A DNA stretch of 24,872 nt from Actinomycetota bacterium (lineage in GTDB: Bacteria; Actinomycetota; Acidimicrobiia; Spongiisociales; UBA11373). The notes under the pieces are model-generated. The model made no database searches and was not told the origin of the DNA. It worked only from the letters and a program-made list of their open reading frames with translations. Shown here piece by piece: positions 8,468-18,545 of the stretch; positions within the stretch are counted from its first letter, which is position 1, and every line of letters starts with the position of its first letter. The DNA is taken from the NCBI GenBank assembly GCA_030688105.1, contig JAUYIV010000204.1, positions 1 through 24,872 of the forward strand. The letters run 5' to 3'. A program made the position numbers and the translations under genes.

Positions 8468-9301
8468 TCATTCGAGGTGTGACCAGTCGATCGCGACGTC
8501 CTGGCTGTCGTCGCGATCGACTGCGACCTCGATCTCCATCCCCGGGCCGATGCGGCCGAAGAGCCGCTCGGGGACCCGGTGCCCGACCCGGGCCGAATAG
8601 GGTGACCGACCCGGGAGCTTGACCTCCAGGTCGAGGATGTAGATGCGATCATCGCGTCCGGCATCGGAGGAGTCGACGATGCCGAGGTCGGAGATGTCCC
8701 CGGAGTCGCTGGCCGACTTGATGACCGCCGTCCCGTGGCGGCCTCTCTCGAGAAGCTCGGCGGCGCTTTCCACTCCGGCAACCGGCTGTCCGATCCGCTC
8801 CGAGATCTTCTCCATCCCCGGGCCAGGGACGGCCGTCGCCCTGGCGACACCGGCTCTCGGCTGCGGCGGCATGCTCCAATCGATGGCGACTCTGGCCGGG
8901 TCGTCGGGATCCGCCACCGCTTGGACCTTGCTGCCCGGGATGGCCGCGCCGAGGAGGAAACGGGGCATGCGCTGCTTGAGCTCGATGGTTCGAGGCGATC
9001 CGGGGATGTCGACCTCGAGCCCGAACGCCAGGACGGGATCGTTGTTGATGGTCACCCCGGTGTCGCCGAGGCTCGTGATCGTCGCGGTTCCTCGAGTCCC
9101 CTTGGGGATGAAGTCGGGCTGAATGCCGAGCATCGCGCCGAGCTTTCGGCCGACGCCCCTGAAGACGAGCCCAGGGATGATCAACGAGACGGCAGTTATG
9201 GCGAGTGCGCCCCGGGCGTCGCCGCCCACGAACACCGCGAACGCTCCACAGCCCAGGGCGCCCAGGATGAGCAGGTTCCCGACGATGGCGAAGGCGTTCA
9301 C
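8468..9301 (-). CDS. Hypothetical membrane-anchored protein with two tandem homologous beta-rich domains (277 aa)
   Basis: Two N-terminal TM helices; two domains each with G.A.I.S..D.G / LEV..PG / VAIDWS; GGAGG RBS before the GTG at 9301. Confidence 0.8.
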   Translation of the reverse strand: MNAFAIVGNLLILGALGCGAFAVFVGGDARGALAITAVSLIIPGLVFRGVGRKLGAMLGIQPDFIPKGTRGTATITSLGDTGVTINNDPVLAFGLEVDIPGSPRTIELKQRMPRFLLGAAIPGSKVQAVADPDDPARVAIDWSMPPQPRAGVARATAVPGPGMEKISERIGQPVAGVESAAELLERGRHGTAVIKSASDSGDISDLGIVDSSDAGRDDRIYILDLEVKLPGRSPYSARVGHRVPERLFGRIGPGMEIEVAVDRDDSQDVAIDWSHLE

Positions 9302-9331
9302 TTCCCCTCCCTGTCTGCCGCTGGCGGAAAA

Positions 9332-10138
9332 CTATCCGATCTCACGCTGCCGTACCGCCTCGAACAACAGGATCCCGGCGGCCATCGCGGCATTGAGACT
9401 GTCCACGGGCCCCGGCATCCGGATCACCACGCGCTCGTCTGCCGCCTCGAGCCAGCGTGCCGACAAGCCGTACTGCTCGCTCCCCACCACCAGTGCGACC
9501 GACCCCGTCAGGTCGACGCCATGGTGGGGGCGGGCCCCGCGGGGAGTCGCCGCCAGGATCGACACCCGTGCCGATCTGAGCGTCGCAATGACGGCTTCGG
9601 TGTCGGCGACGGCGAGCGGCACCGTGAAGAGCGTGCCGAGTGAGGCGCGGACCACATTGGGGTTGAACGGGTCCGTCGTAGGGTCGGCGACGATCACTCC
9701 GTTCGCCCCGGCCGCATCGGCGGTGCGGAGCATCGTCCCGAGGTTCCCCGGCTTTTCGATGCCTTCGGCGACGAGGAGCAGGGGGGTGCCGGTGAGATCG
9801 AGTGCGGCCAGTGACGCCGGGAACTGCCGGGCGACGCCGAGCAGCCCCTCGGGGCGCTCTCGATAAGAGGCCTTGCGGAAGGGTTCTGCGGCGACCTCGA
9901 CGATCTCGGCCCCCGCCCCCGATGCCCGGTCGATCAGCTCGGGTTCGTTGTCGCCGAGAAAGAGGTCGCGGGCGACGTACAACTCCTCGAGCTTCACGCC
10001 CGCCTCGAGGGCGCGGCTCAGCTCGCGGTATCCCTCGACGAGGAACCGCCCGGTGCGGTCGCGTTCTCGTCTGGTGCGCAGGCGAACCAGGGACTTGATC
10101 CGGGGATTGGCCGAGCTGTTGATCTCCGGCTCGGTCAC
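9332..10138 (-). CDS. TrmH/SpoU family RNA 2'-O-methyltransferase (268 aa)
   Basis: ISSANPRIK-like N-terminus, FLVEG, IEKPGNLGTMLRTADAAG, VVGSEQYGL, DSLNAAMAAGILLFEA; GTG at 10138 overlaps the upstream stop. Confidence 0.95.
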   Translation of the reverse strand: MTEPEINSSANPRIKSLVRLRTRRERDRTGRFLVEGYRELSRALEAGVKLEELYVARDLFLGDNEPELIDRASGAGAEIVEVAAEPFRKASYRERPEGLLGVARQFPASLAALDLTGTPLLLVAEGIEKPGNLGTMLRTADAAGANGVIVADPTTDPFNPNVVRASLGTLFTVPLAVADTEAVIATLRSARVSILAATPRGARPHHGVDLTGSVALVVGSEQYGLSARWLEAADERVVIRMPGPVDSLNAAMAAGILLFEAVRQREIG

Positions 10139-12414
10139 CAGCCGCTCCCGCCCGAGGAGCCGCCGCCCCCTCCGCCGCCGCCGAAGCCGCCGCCGCCAAA
10201 GCCGCCGAAGGAGGTCCTTCCCGACGAGCCCCACGAAGAGCCGCCAGAAGTGGAGGTGCGGGTCCCGAATTCGCCGCCCCCACCGAAGCCACCCCACCAC
10301 GACGAGCGGTCGCCGCTCCACGACCGATCGTTGTGGATCGGCTCCCATCCCATGGAGCCGGCCGAGCCGCGGGTGATGACCCAGTGATAGAAGAACAGGG
10401 TGAAGGGGTCGAAGGATCCGGGGTCCTTCGGGATCGGGGCGCCCGTCCACGAGTCGGTCTGACGCGAGGTGCCTTCGTGGGCCAGCTCCGGGGCGAACCG
10501 GTCGGCGTCCTCGATCTTCGAAACCGCCAGCGCCTCGCGCTGTGCGGCGTAGGCGAGGGCGAACGCCCGCGGGCCCCGGGTGTCGGAGGCGCCGAACGCC
10601 GCAGCGACCTGGGCGTAAGAGCCGTCGAGGCCGAGCGCCTCCAGCGCGGTGAGGGCCTCGGCCCACCGGGCGACGGCCCGGCTGGGCTCGAGCGACATGG
10701 CGAGGACGCCGGCGATGGTGCGACGGGTCTCGCCCTTGATGCCGCGGTCCGAGAGCTCTTGGAGGATCTCCCGGTAGACCTCAGGGCCGTCGTCCCGGCG
10801 CCGGAGCAGGGCTGCGGTGATCGACACCGGGAGCCCGAGCCGGCCGGCCGCCTCGCGAATTCGCCTGATCTCGGCAGGGTCCCGAAGCCCGGCGAGGGCG
10901 TATTCGACGGCTTCCGAGGGCTGGGCCCCGCCGGTGCGGCGTGACCGGTAGGTCCTCAAGAACGCCTTGACGTGGTCTTCGTCACCGTTCATCAGCAGAA
11001 GGGCGGCGATCGCAGACACGTCCAGCCCGTCCCGGGTGAGGACCTCTCCTTGGACCTCCAGTGCGGCGCGCACCTTCTCGAAGCGCTCGACGGCATGGTC
11101 GAGGTCGTCTTCGAGATCGGCCAGGGCGGCCGCGACCGCGGGGCGAGCCGTGGACGACGGGAGTCGGCCGTACAGGATCTCGAGGCGGTCCGTCTTCTGA
11201 GTGGCAACGTCTTGTGCCGCCGCCTTCTCGGCCATCGACTCGCCCAGGGTGGCGCTCGGGTCGAGAGCCGGGGAGGCGCGCAGCAGGCGCGCCCCACGGT
11301 CGGTCACCCCGGCCCAACCCACGGCCGTCTCGGTGAGCGAGTCGGCAAGGCCTTCCGCGGTCCTCCGGCGCGCCGCGGCGAGCCGATGGGGACGGAGGGC
11401 ATCGACGAGGCTCTCCAGGTCGCGCATGCGGGCCGAGAACACTTCGTCGGACCGCAAATCGACCGTGATCGCGTCGCGAGTCGCCTGCTGAACAGCTTCT
11501 TCCAGCATCTCCCGCTCCTGCGAGACCCGCAGCTCGAGGGGCTCCTGGGCGTCGACGAGAAGGCCTTCCCGGTCCACGATGTCGACGGCGCCGGCCGCCC
11601 AAAGGGCTTCGAGTGCTTCGGTGTCGGCGGGCGGGCGGCGCTCCCCGACGCCGATGAGCGCCTCGACGGCAATACCGGTGGCGACGTCTTCCGATCGGTC
11701 CGGCGGGGGAGCGGCATATTCCGACAGGGCTGGCAGCTCTTCGCCCGAGGGTTCGAGGCGGTCGAGGGCGTCGTCGACCAGAGCCGCCCGGCGCCGGCGC
11801 TCCCGGGCGCGGCGGCTGCTTCGACCGCGCACCACGATGTACCCGGCCGCGATGATGAGCCCGGTGGCGAGCACGATCCGGGCGAGGTCACCCACGAATC
11901 CCCCGCCACCGGGATCATCGGATCCCGGGGGAGACCCACCCTCGAGCGCGAGTTCGATGGCGGACAGGATGGCGACGATTCCGGAGTCGAAGTCCCCGGC
12001 TCCGAAGAACGAGTCCCCGGTGCCGGCGACGGTCGCCAGGTTGGGGATCCGCAACCCCGATCCGGTGACGATCTCGGTGCGGCGCTCGGCAAGGGCGATG
12101 AGCACCACGATGCCGTCGTCTCGGGCGGCGTCGCCGACCCCCCAGGTGTTCCCGATGCCTCCGGCAAATTCGTCGGGCTCGACCGAACCGGTCGAGCTCA
12201 CGATCACCACGGCGATCTGGTGGCCGTGCTCGGCGACCAGGCGCTCAGCCGCCGCCTCCACCGTGGCTTCGCTCACCAGCACGCCGGCCTGGTCGGTGAC
12301 CCATCCATCGCAGACGATCCCTTGATACGGCGGACAGGTCGCCGTCCCGGCAGTCGCCGTGGCCGGGGAGAACAGCAGTGCCCCGGCCAATAGGCCGGTG
12401 AGTCGAATCCTCAT
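10135..12414 (-). CDS. TPM-domain membrane protein with a long C-terminal helical region and Gly/Ser-rich tail (759 aa)
   Basis: Signal peptide from ATG 12414; TPM domain (VTDQAGVL, QIAVVIV, GNTWGVG...DDGIVVLIALAERRTEIVTGSG); one TM helix; ends GGFGGGGFGGGGGGGGSSGGSGW. Confidence 0.85.
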   Translation of the reverse strand: MRIRLTGLLAGALLFSPATATAGTATCPPYQGIVCDGWVTDQAGVLVSEATVEAAAERLVAEHGHQIAVVIVSSTGSVEPDEFAGGIGNTWGVGDAARDDGIVVLIALAERRTEIVTGSGLRIPNLATVAGTGDSFFGAGDFDSGIVAILSAIELALEGGSPPGSDDPGGGGFVGDLARIVLATGLIIAAGYIVVRGRSSRRARERRRRAALVDDALDRLEPSGEELPALSEYAAPPPDRSEDVATGIAVEALIGVGERRPPADTEALEALWAAGAVDIVDREGLLVDAQEPLELRVSQEREMLEEAVQQATRDAITVDLRSDEVFSARMRDLESLVDALRPHRLAAARRRTAEGLADSLTETAVGWAGVTDRGARLLRASPALDPSATLGESMAEKAAAQDVATQKTDRLEILYGRLPSSTARPAVAAALADLEDDLDHAVERFEKVRAALEVQGEVLTRDGLDVSAIAALLLMNGDEDHVKAFLRTYRSRRTGGAQPSEAVEYALAGLRDPAEIRRIREAAGRLGLPVSITAALLRRRDDGPEVYREILQELSDRGIKGETRRTIAGVLAMSLEPSRAVARWAEALTALEALGLDGSYAQVAAAFGASDTRGPRAFALAYAAQREALAVSKIEDADRFAPELAHEGTSRQTDSWTGAPIPKDPGSFDPFTLFFYHWVITRGSAGSMGWEPIHNDRSWSGDRSSWWGGFGGGGEFGTRTSTSGGSSWGSSGRTSFGGFGGGGFGGGGGGGGSSGGSGW

Positions 12415-12431
12415 GCTGGGATCTTCGCGCG

Positions 12432-12785
12432 TCAGGCGCGAGCCAGGTCGAGTGCATAGGGGGCCGAGGCGTCGCGCCACTCGATCAGATCGCCGTCGTA
12501 GACGGGCTGGTACTTCTCGAATACCGCCTGTCGGGCCCGGGCGTCCTCGGCGGCATCGGTCACGAGCCGGCCGGACACCGGATACCGCTTGCCGTCGATG
12601 GTGAACTCGGCGGAAGGGCTCGCCTCCAGATTGAGGCACCAGTCGCTGCCTCCTCCGGACCCCGACAGCAGATAGAGGGTTCCTTCGTGTTCGGCGAACC
12701 AGATCTCCACCGTGTGGTCCTGGCCGCTGATCCGGCCCTTTGTGGTGAGGTAGCCGTAGGTGGCGGCGGCGTGGTCGGGTCTCAA
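12432..12785 (-). CDS. Deazaflavin (F420)-dependent nitroreductase-family (Ddn-like) protein (117 aa)
   Basis: YLTTKGRISGQDHTVEIWF, SDWCLNLEASP (cf. LTTTGRKSG...W..NL.A.P); TTG start at 12785 overlapping the DUF1684 stop (TTGA). Confidence 0.75.
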   Translation of the reverse strand: MRPDHAAATYGYLTTKGRISGQDHTVEIWFAEHEGTLYLLSGSGGGSDWCLNLEASPSAEFTIDGKRYPVSGRLVTDAAEDARARQAVFEKYQPVYDGDLIEWRDASAPYALDLARA

Positions 12786-13468
12786 CGAGGCCCCAGCTTC
12801 TCTCCTGCTCGGACTTCGAAGGCGAGGTTGCTGTCCTTCGGTGCGAGGGGGCACGACCACGACGGGTCGTGAACGCAGGAGGGGTGGTACGAGAAGTTGA
12901 AGTCGAGCACGATGATGCCGTCCGTGCCACCCAGATCGGCCCCTTTCACGGTGTCGATCACATACCGGCCGCCGCCATAGGTGTCGTGCCCGTTGGTGAG
13001 ATCGCGGAACGGAACGAAGAACCCATCCCCGTAGGCGAGAAGCCGGAAGACGGGGAGGGCTGCCGGGTGGCCGCCGATCTCGAAGTGCGCCGTCCCCATC
13101 GGGCGGGCCCGGGTGATCCCTTCGCCGCTGTGGGGCAGGCCGACGGGGCCGACAACCCCCGGTGGGCCGACTTCGGCGAGGGCTCTCAGCCCGGCGTCGT
13201 AGTCGAAATAGGCGAGCCCGCCGAAGCTCGACCGCTCCCCCGGGGGGATCGGGCTCTGAGGGTGGGCGGCGAAGAGCCGATCACGTTCCGCCCGCCAGCG
13301 CCGCCAGCCCTCCTCCGGTGGCAGCGATCTGACGACCGAGTAGAGGTCGGCTACGGACCGGCGCCAATCCCACAGCTCGAGCGACGACCGGGGCTCCTCG
13401 TAGACGGGTCCCGGCTCATCATCCTCGAAGGATCGGGTTACGGCAGGAACCCCTTCTCGGTCAACCAC
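12782..13468 (-). CDS. DUF1684 family protein
   Basis: WRAERDRLFAAHPQSP, FVPFRDLTNGHDTYGGGRY, LDFNFSYHPSC...SCPLAP; start codon uncertain (GTG 13468 overlaps the upstream gene by 31 nt). Confidence 0.85.
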   Translation of the reverse strand: MVDREGVPAVTRSFEDDEPGPVYEEPRSSLELWDWRRSVADLYSVVRSLPPEEGWRRWRAERDRLFAAHPQSPIPPGERSSFGGLAYFDYDAGLRALAEVGPPGVVGPVGLPHSGEGITRARPMGTAHFEIGGHPAALPVFRLLAYGDGFFVPFRDLTNGHDTYGGGRYVIDTVKGADLGGTDGIIVLDFNFSYHPSCVHDPSWSCPLAPKDSNLAFEVRAGEKLGPR

Positions 13469-14391
13469 TCCCTGGCCAGCACGTCGGGGTCGACCGCGTC
13501 GATGCCATAGCGCTTGTTCAACGCCGACAGCTCGGCGGTGGTGATCGCGGCGCTCACCGAGTCGAGCAGGTCGACCAGCTCGTCGCCGTACGCGTCGATG
13601 ATGTCGCCATGGAGGACGGGCACGATGTTCTCTGCGGGCTGCAGGCTCATGTCGTCCTCGAGCAGCACTAACCCCTTGGCGGCGATGACGCCGTCAGAGG
13701 TGAAGAGCAGCGCCACGTCGATCTCGCCGCCTTCGAGTGCGGCGACCGTGAGCGGCCCGCCGACATCGAGAGGGACGAACCGGGCGAAGTCGAGGCCATA
13801 TACGCCCTGGAGCCCTATCAGGCAGAACTCCCGGTCGGGACACTCGGGGGGCCCGCCGAACACCAACGTGCCGTTGTGCGCCGCCAGGTCGCTCACCTTG
13901 GTGAGCCCCAGCTCGGCGGCGGTATCGGCGGTGACGACGATGCCGTTCTTGTCCTGGGCGGGGGCGTAGGCAAGGGCCACCAGGCCGTCGTCCTCGATGG
14001 CAGCCTGCAACGCCGCGTTGGTCTCATCAGAGTCCGTGGTCGACGTGCCCCCCTCGAAAGTGAGCAGCGTTCCGGTGTACTCGGCGAGCAGGTCGATGTC
14101 CCCCGACTTGAGCGCCGGGTTCACGATGTCGCGGGTGCCGAGGTTGAACATACGCGCCGTCGGATAGCCGTTGGCCTCCAGCACCTGGGCGTAGATCTCG
14201 CCCAGGATCAGCTGCTCGCCGAAGTTCGTGGAGCCGACGGTGATCGTCGGTCCGTCCTTGGAGCCGACGGTGGTCGTCGGTCCGTCGTTGGTGTCGCCTC
14301 CCGATCCGTCGTCATCGCCACAAGCGCCCGCGATGAGCGCAAGGGCGAGAAGGATCGCCCCGACGACCCGGCTGCGGAGTCGCTTCCGCAT
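13438..14391 (-). CDS. Osmoprotectant (glycine betaine/choline) ABC transporter substrate-binding lipoprotein (317 aa)
   Basis: Lipobox LIAGAC, ITVGSTNFGEQLILGEIY, IDLLAEYTG, LLEDD...QPAENIVP; GAAGGAG RBS before ATG 14391. Confidence 0.92.
   Translation of the reverse strand: MRKRLRSRVVGAILLALALIAGACGDDDGSGGDTNDGPTTTVGSKDGPTITVGSTNFGEQLILGEIYAQVLEANGYPTARMFNLGTRDIVNPALKSGDIDLLAEYTGTLLTFEGGTSTTDSDETNAALQAAIEDDGLVALAYAPAQDKNGIVVTADTAAELGLTKVSDLAAHNGTLVFGGPPECPDREFCLIGLQGVYGLDFARFVPLDVGGPLTVAALEGGEIDVALLFTSDGVIAAKGLVLLEDDMSLQPAENIVPVLHGDIIDAYGDELVDLLDSVSAAITTAELSALNKRYGIDAVDPDVLAREWLTEKGFLP
14229..14291 (-). repeat. In-frame 30-bp tandem duplication (DGPTTTVGS / DGPTITVGS)
   Basis: 14229-14258 and 14259-14288 are identical at 28 of 30 positions. 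Confidence 0.9.
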
Positions 14392-14493
14392 GGGTATTTC
14401 TCCTTCCGGTCGATTCGGTGGGAACCGCCGGCCGGTGACCCACACGCTGAGGAAGAAACTATTCGCTGCCGCGTTCTGTTCCGAAAGAGGAGG

Positions 14494-14512
14494 TGCGGCC
14501 GAATAGGCCGCA
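14494..14512. other. 7-bp perfect hairpin TGCGGCC-gaata-GGCCGCA
   Basis: Read directly in the permease-to-binding-protein intergenic region; function unknown. Confidence 0.45.
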
Positions 14513-14521
14513 GATCCGGTC

Positions 14522-14572
14522 GCCTTCCTCCCCCGTGGAGCGGGGGAGGAAGGCCCGAAGGGTCGGAGGGGG
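14522..14572. repeat. REP-like palindromic element: 14-bp perfect stem plus CCGAAGG mini-hairpin and G-run
   Basis: GCCTTCCTCCCCCG-tggag-CGGGGGAGGAAGGC (14522-14554) followed by CCGAAGGGTCGGAGGGGG; single copy in this window. Confidence 0.65.
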
Positions 14573-14640
14573 TCCAGGGACCCAGGCGACACCGCGATGA
14601 GGCGTCAGCCGAAGAGCCATGGACAAAGCTCGCGGTGCGC

Positions 14641-15369
14641 TCAGACCGCCACCGGCGGGACGACATCGGCCCGGCGACGGCGGCTGATGCCTGCAGGCAC
14701 TACGAACCGTTCGAGTGCCGAGAAGCCGATTTCGGTGAGTATCGAGAGCACCGCGACCAAGATGGCGCCGGCCACGAGTTGGAGCCTGTCCTGGATGGCG
14801 AGCCCGTCGACGATGAACCGGCCGTATCCGCCGTAGCCCACCAGGGCGCCCAGCGTCGCCGTCGCCACCACTTGAACCGCCGTCACCCTGATCCCGGTGA
14901 GGATCACCGGCGAGGCGATCGGCATCTCGACGTCGAGGACGAGACGGCGTTCGGTGATCCCCATGCCCCGGGCGGCTTCCACCACGTCGGCGTCGACACC
15001 GCGGATCCCGGCGTAGGTGTTCGTGAAGATCGGCGGCAAGGCGAGCAGGAACAAGGCGATGAATGTGGGAGCAAACCCGAGCCCGCTGTCGATCAGAGGG
15101 GTCGAGCGTGCCAGCCAGATCGTGAAGGGAAGCGCCAGGGCGATGATCCCGAAGGAGGGCAGGGCGCGCCCGATGTTGATCACGGAGACGGCCAGCAGCC
15201 CGCCGCGTCCGGTGTGACCCAGCCACCCGGCGAGCGGAAGGGCCACGGCCATGGCGGCGATGAGGGCCGCCCCCGAAACCCGCAGGTGCTCACCGGTGCG
15301 CGCCAGCCACCCGGTTTCGCCGCTCCAGTTCTCTCCAAACCACTGCAGGAGGTCGCCGAGAAACTCCAT
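14641..15369 (-). CDS. Osmoprotectant ABC transporter permease (242 aa)
   Basis: INIGRALPS, ALPPIFTNTY, EAA loop EAARGMG, ATATLGALVGYGGYG; ATG 15369 in a TGATG overlap. Confidence 0.93.
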   Translation of the reverse strand: MEFLGDLLQWFGENWSGETGWLARTGEHLRVSGAALIAAMAVALPLAGWLGHTGRGGLLAVSVINIGRALPSFGIIALALPFTIWLARSTPLIDSGLGFAPTFIALFLLALPPIFTNTYAGIRGVDADVVEAARGMGITERRLVLDVEMPIASPVILTGIRVTAVQVVATATLGALVGYGGYGRFIVDGLAIQDRLQLVAGAILVAVLSILTEIGFSALERFVVPAGISRRRRADVVPPVAV

Positions 15370-16027
15370 CAGGAGGCCGCGGTTCGCTTGGCCGTCCATG
15401 GTGTGAGGAGCCGCTCGACGAGCACGAGCACGAGATCGACGGCGACGGCGAGGATGACCGAAAGCGCGGTCCCGAGGACGATCTCGGTGTTGAAGAACCG
15501 ATTAAGGCCCTGGAGGATGAAGAATCCGACGCCACCCTGGCCGATCAGGGCGGTGATCGTGACGAGGCCGATCGTGGTGACGGCGGCGATACGGACCCCG
15601 GCCAGGATCACGGGCAGGGCCAGTGGCAGCTCGATCTCGAGGAACAGGCGCCGGGACCCGTATCCCATGCCCAGGGCGGCTTCCCGGACCGCCGGATCGA
15701 CGCCCTGGATCCCGGCGACGATGTTTCTGATCAGGATGAGCAGGGTGTAGGAGACGAGCCCGATCTCGGCGCTGAGGACGGTGAATCCGGTGATCGGCAC
15801 CAAAAATGCGAACAGGGCGAGCGATGGGATCGTGTAGAGCACGCCGGTCAGCCAGGTGATCGGGGGATAGGTGCGGGGGAAGCGCAGCCCGATGAGCGCC
15901 AGCGCCATCGAGATGACGAACCCCACGCCGAGGGCGATCCCGGTGAGCACGAGGTGCTCGGAGACCTTCTCCCAGATGAGGCCCAGGTGGTCGAAGACCC
16001 AATCCCACCGAAAGAAGGGCGCCGCGA

Positions 16028-16031
<4 letters not shown>
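15369..16031 (-). CDS. Osmoprotectant ABC transporter permease (220 aa)
   Basis: LYTIPSLALF, EAALGMG, IELPLALPVILAGVRIA; GTG 16031 overlaps the ATPase stop. Confidence 0.93.
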
Positions 16032-17131
<1,100 letters not shown>

Positions 17132-17156
17132 CGCGTCGGTCCTGCCTCGGAGGTGA

Positions 17157-17190
17157 TCTTGCTGGAGGCTGGAGGCTGGCGGCTGGTCGC
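17157..17190 (-). repeat. Heptamer array GCGACCA-GCCGCCA-GCCTCCA-GCCTCCA ending in GCAAGA
   Basis: Plus strand tcttgc tggaggc tggaggc tggcggc tggtcgc; between the metK stop and the ABC ATPase start. Confidence 0.92.
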
Positions 17191-17198
17191 TCGGGAGA

Positions 17199-18383
17199 TC
17201 ACGCGCTCGCCGAGACTCCCAACGCTTCACGCAGGGCGTCGACCTTGTTGGTTCGCTCCCAGCTGAAGGCGCCGGGCGGGTCGTCCGGCGTGCGGCCGAA
17301 GTGCCCGTGGAACGAAGTCGGTCGGTATATGGGGCGGCGCAGGTCGAGGGCGGCGATGATCCCGTTGGGGGTGAGCGGGAACACCTCGATTACCGCCCGC
17401 TCGATCGCCTCTTCGTCGAAGTCGGTGGTGCCCCGGCAGTCGACGGTCACCGCGGTGGGCCGGGCGATCCCGATGGCGTAGCCGAGCCGGATCTCGCATT
17501 CGCGGGCCAGCCCTGCCGAGACGATGTTCTTGGCGATGTGCCTCGCCATGTAGGAGGCCGAGCGGTCGACCTTGGAGGGGTCCTTGCCGCTGAAGGCGCC
17601 GCCGCCATGGCGGGCCCATCCACCGTAGGTGTCGACAATGATCTTGCGGCCGGTGAGCCCGGTGTCGCCGGCAGGTCCCCCCTTCTCGAAGCGCCCGGTC
17701 GGGTTGACGTGGAGCTGGATGCCTTCCGTCCACCACTCGCCGAGTGCAGGGCGCAGGATCTCGCGGGTGACCGCGGCCTCCAGTTCGGCTCCGCCGTCGT
17801 TCCACTCGGGACCATGCTGGGTGGACAGGACCACCGAGTCGATGCGCTTTGGCACGCCCCGCTCGTACACGACGGAGACCTGGCTCTTGGCGTCGGGTCG
17901 CAGGTACGGGACCGTCCCGGAGTTCCTCGCCTCGGCTTGGCGGGCGATTATCTGGTTGGCCAGCGTGATGGGCAGGGGCATGAGCTCGGGGGTCTCGGCG
18001 ATGGCGTATCCGAACATCAGCCCCTGGTCGCCGGCGCCCATCTCCTCGTCCCGGTCGACGCCACGGGCGATGTCAGAAGACTGCGCGTGGATGGCCACGT
18101 GGACCTTGGCGGTGTCGGCGTCGAACCCGACGGCTTCGTCGTCGTAGCCGATGAAGCGCATCGTGTCGCGCAGGATCTGCTCGTAGTCGACGTCGACCTG
18201 GGCGGTGATCTCCCCGGCGATGACCGCGAGACCGGCGGTGAGGAGGACCTCGCAGGCAACCCGCGCCTCGGGATCCTGGGTCAGGACCGCATCGAGGATC
18301 GCGTCGGAGACCTGATCGGCTGCTTTGTCGGGATGCCCCATGGACACCGACTCGCTGGTGAACAGATGGCGGCGCGGCTGCAC
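17199..18383 (-). CDS. metK: S-adenosylmethionine synthetase (394 aa)
   Basis: [65 protein letters not shown]; GAGGAG RBS before GTG 18383. Confidence 0.98.
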   Translation of the reverse strand: MQPRRHLFTSESVSMGHPDKAADQVSDAILDAVLTQDPEARVACEVLLTAGLAVIAGEITAQVDVDYEQILRDTMRFIGYDDEAVGFDADTAKVHVAIHAQSSDIARGVDRDEEMGAGDQGLMFGYAIAETPELMPLPITLANQIIARQAEARNSGTVPYLRPDAKSQVSVVYERGVPKRIDSVVLSTQHGPEWNDGGAELEAAVTREILRPALGEWWTEGIQLHVNPTGRFEKGGPAGDTGLTGRKIIVDTYGGWARHGGGAFSGKDPSKVDRSASYMARHIAKNIVSAGLARECEIRLGYAIGIARPTAVTVDCRGTTDFDEEAIERAVIEVFPLTPNGIIAALDLRRPIYRPTSFHGHFGRTPDDPPGAFSWERTNKVDALREALGVSASA

Positions 18384-18419
18384 CTTTGCTCCTCGGGTCG
18401 GGAGTCGAACTAACGCCGC

Positions 18420-18425
18420 AGGGTA
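18420..18425 (-). promoter_or_regulatory. Possible -10 box TACCCT for metK
   Basis: TANNNT hexamer about 36 nt upstream of the start; no convincing -35 box. Confidence 0.3.
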
Positions 18426-18507
18426 GTGCGGGTGATGGCCGGGCGACCAGGCCCGGGCGCATCCAATCCCGCTCCTGGGCGGTCTGCCTCTGCCGAGGGG
18501 CGCGGTC

Positions 18508-18522
18508 CCGGATAGCATCCGG
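18508..18522 (+). promoter_or_regulatory. Possible -10 TAGCAT embedded in the inverted repeat CCGGAT-agc-ATCCGG
   Basis: Divergent metK/epimerase region; a short palindrome like this can arise by chance at high GC. Confidence 0.3.
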
Positions 18523-18545
18523 TCACCCGATACCGAGGAGTTGGA

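Noticed and set aside
6676-8622. 648-aa plus-strand ORF and many other long alternative-frame ORFs (for example 1398-2924, 10972-12393, 21949-23070)
   Set aside because: Antisense shadows of well-supported genes, with Arg/Gly/Pro-biased composition and no motifs; expected at high GC where stop codons are rare.
10140-10300. Low-complexity GCC/CCG repeats
   Set aside because: They encode the Gly/Ser-rich tail of the TPM protein; 3-nt period, ordinary for this family.
14392-14520. Possible c-di-AMP (ydaO) or other riboswitch before the osmoprotectant binding protein
   Set aside because: The conserved GCUGAA, GGAA-CGGGGGA and UGGGG motifs were not found in the right order.
18398-18412. T-loop-like GTTCGACTCC on the minus strand, suggesting a tRNA remnant
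   Set aside because: No T-stem pairing, no cloverleaf, no CCA end.
18384-18545. Possible SAM riboswitch upstream of metK
   Set aside because: No SAM-I/IV core (AUCaAGAG, GAGGGA, GGCAAC, GUGC) or SAM-II motif recognised by eye; the region looks like a compact divergent promoter. An Rfam covariance search would be decisive.
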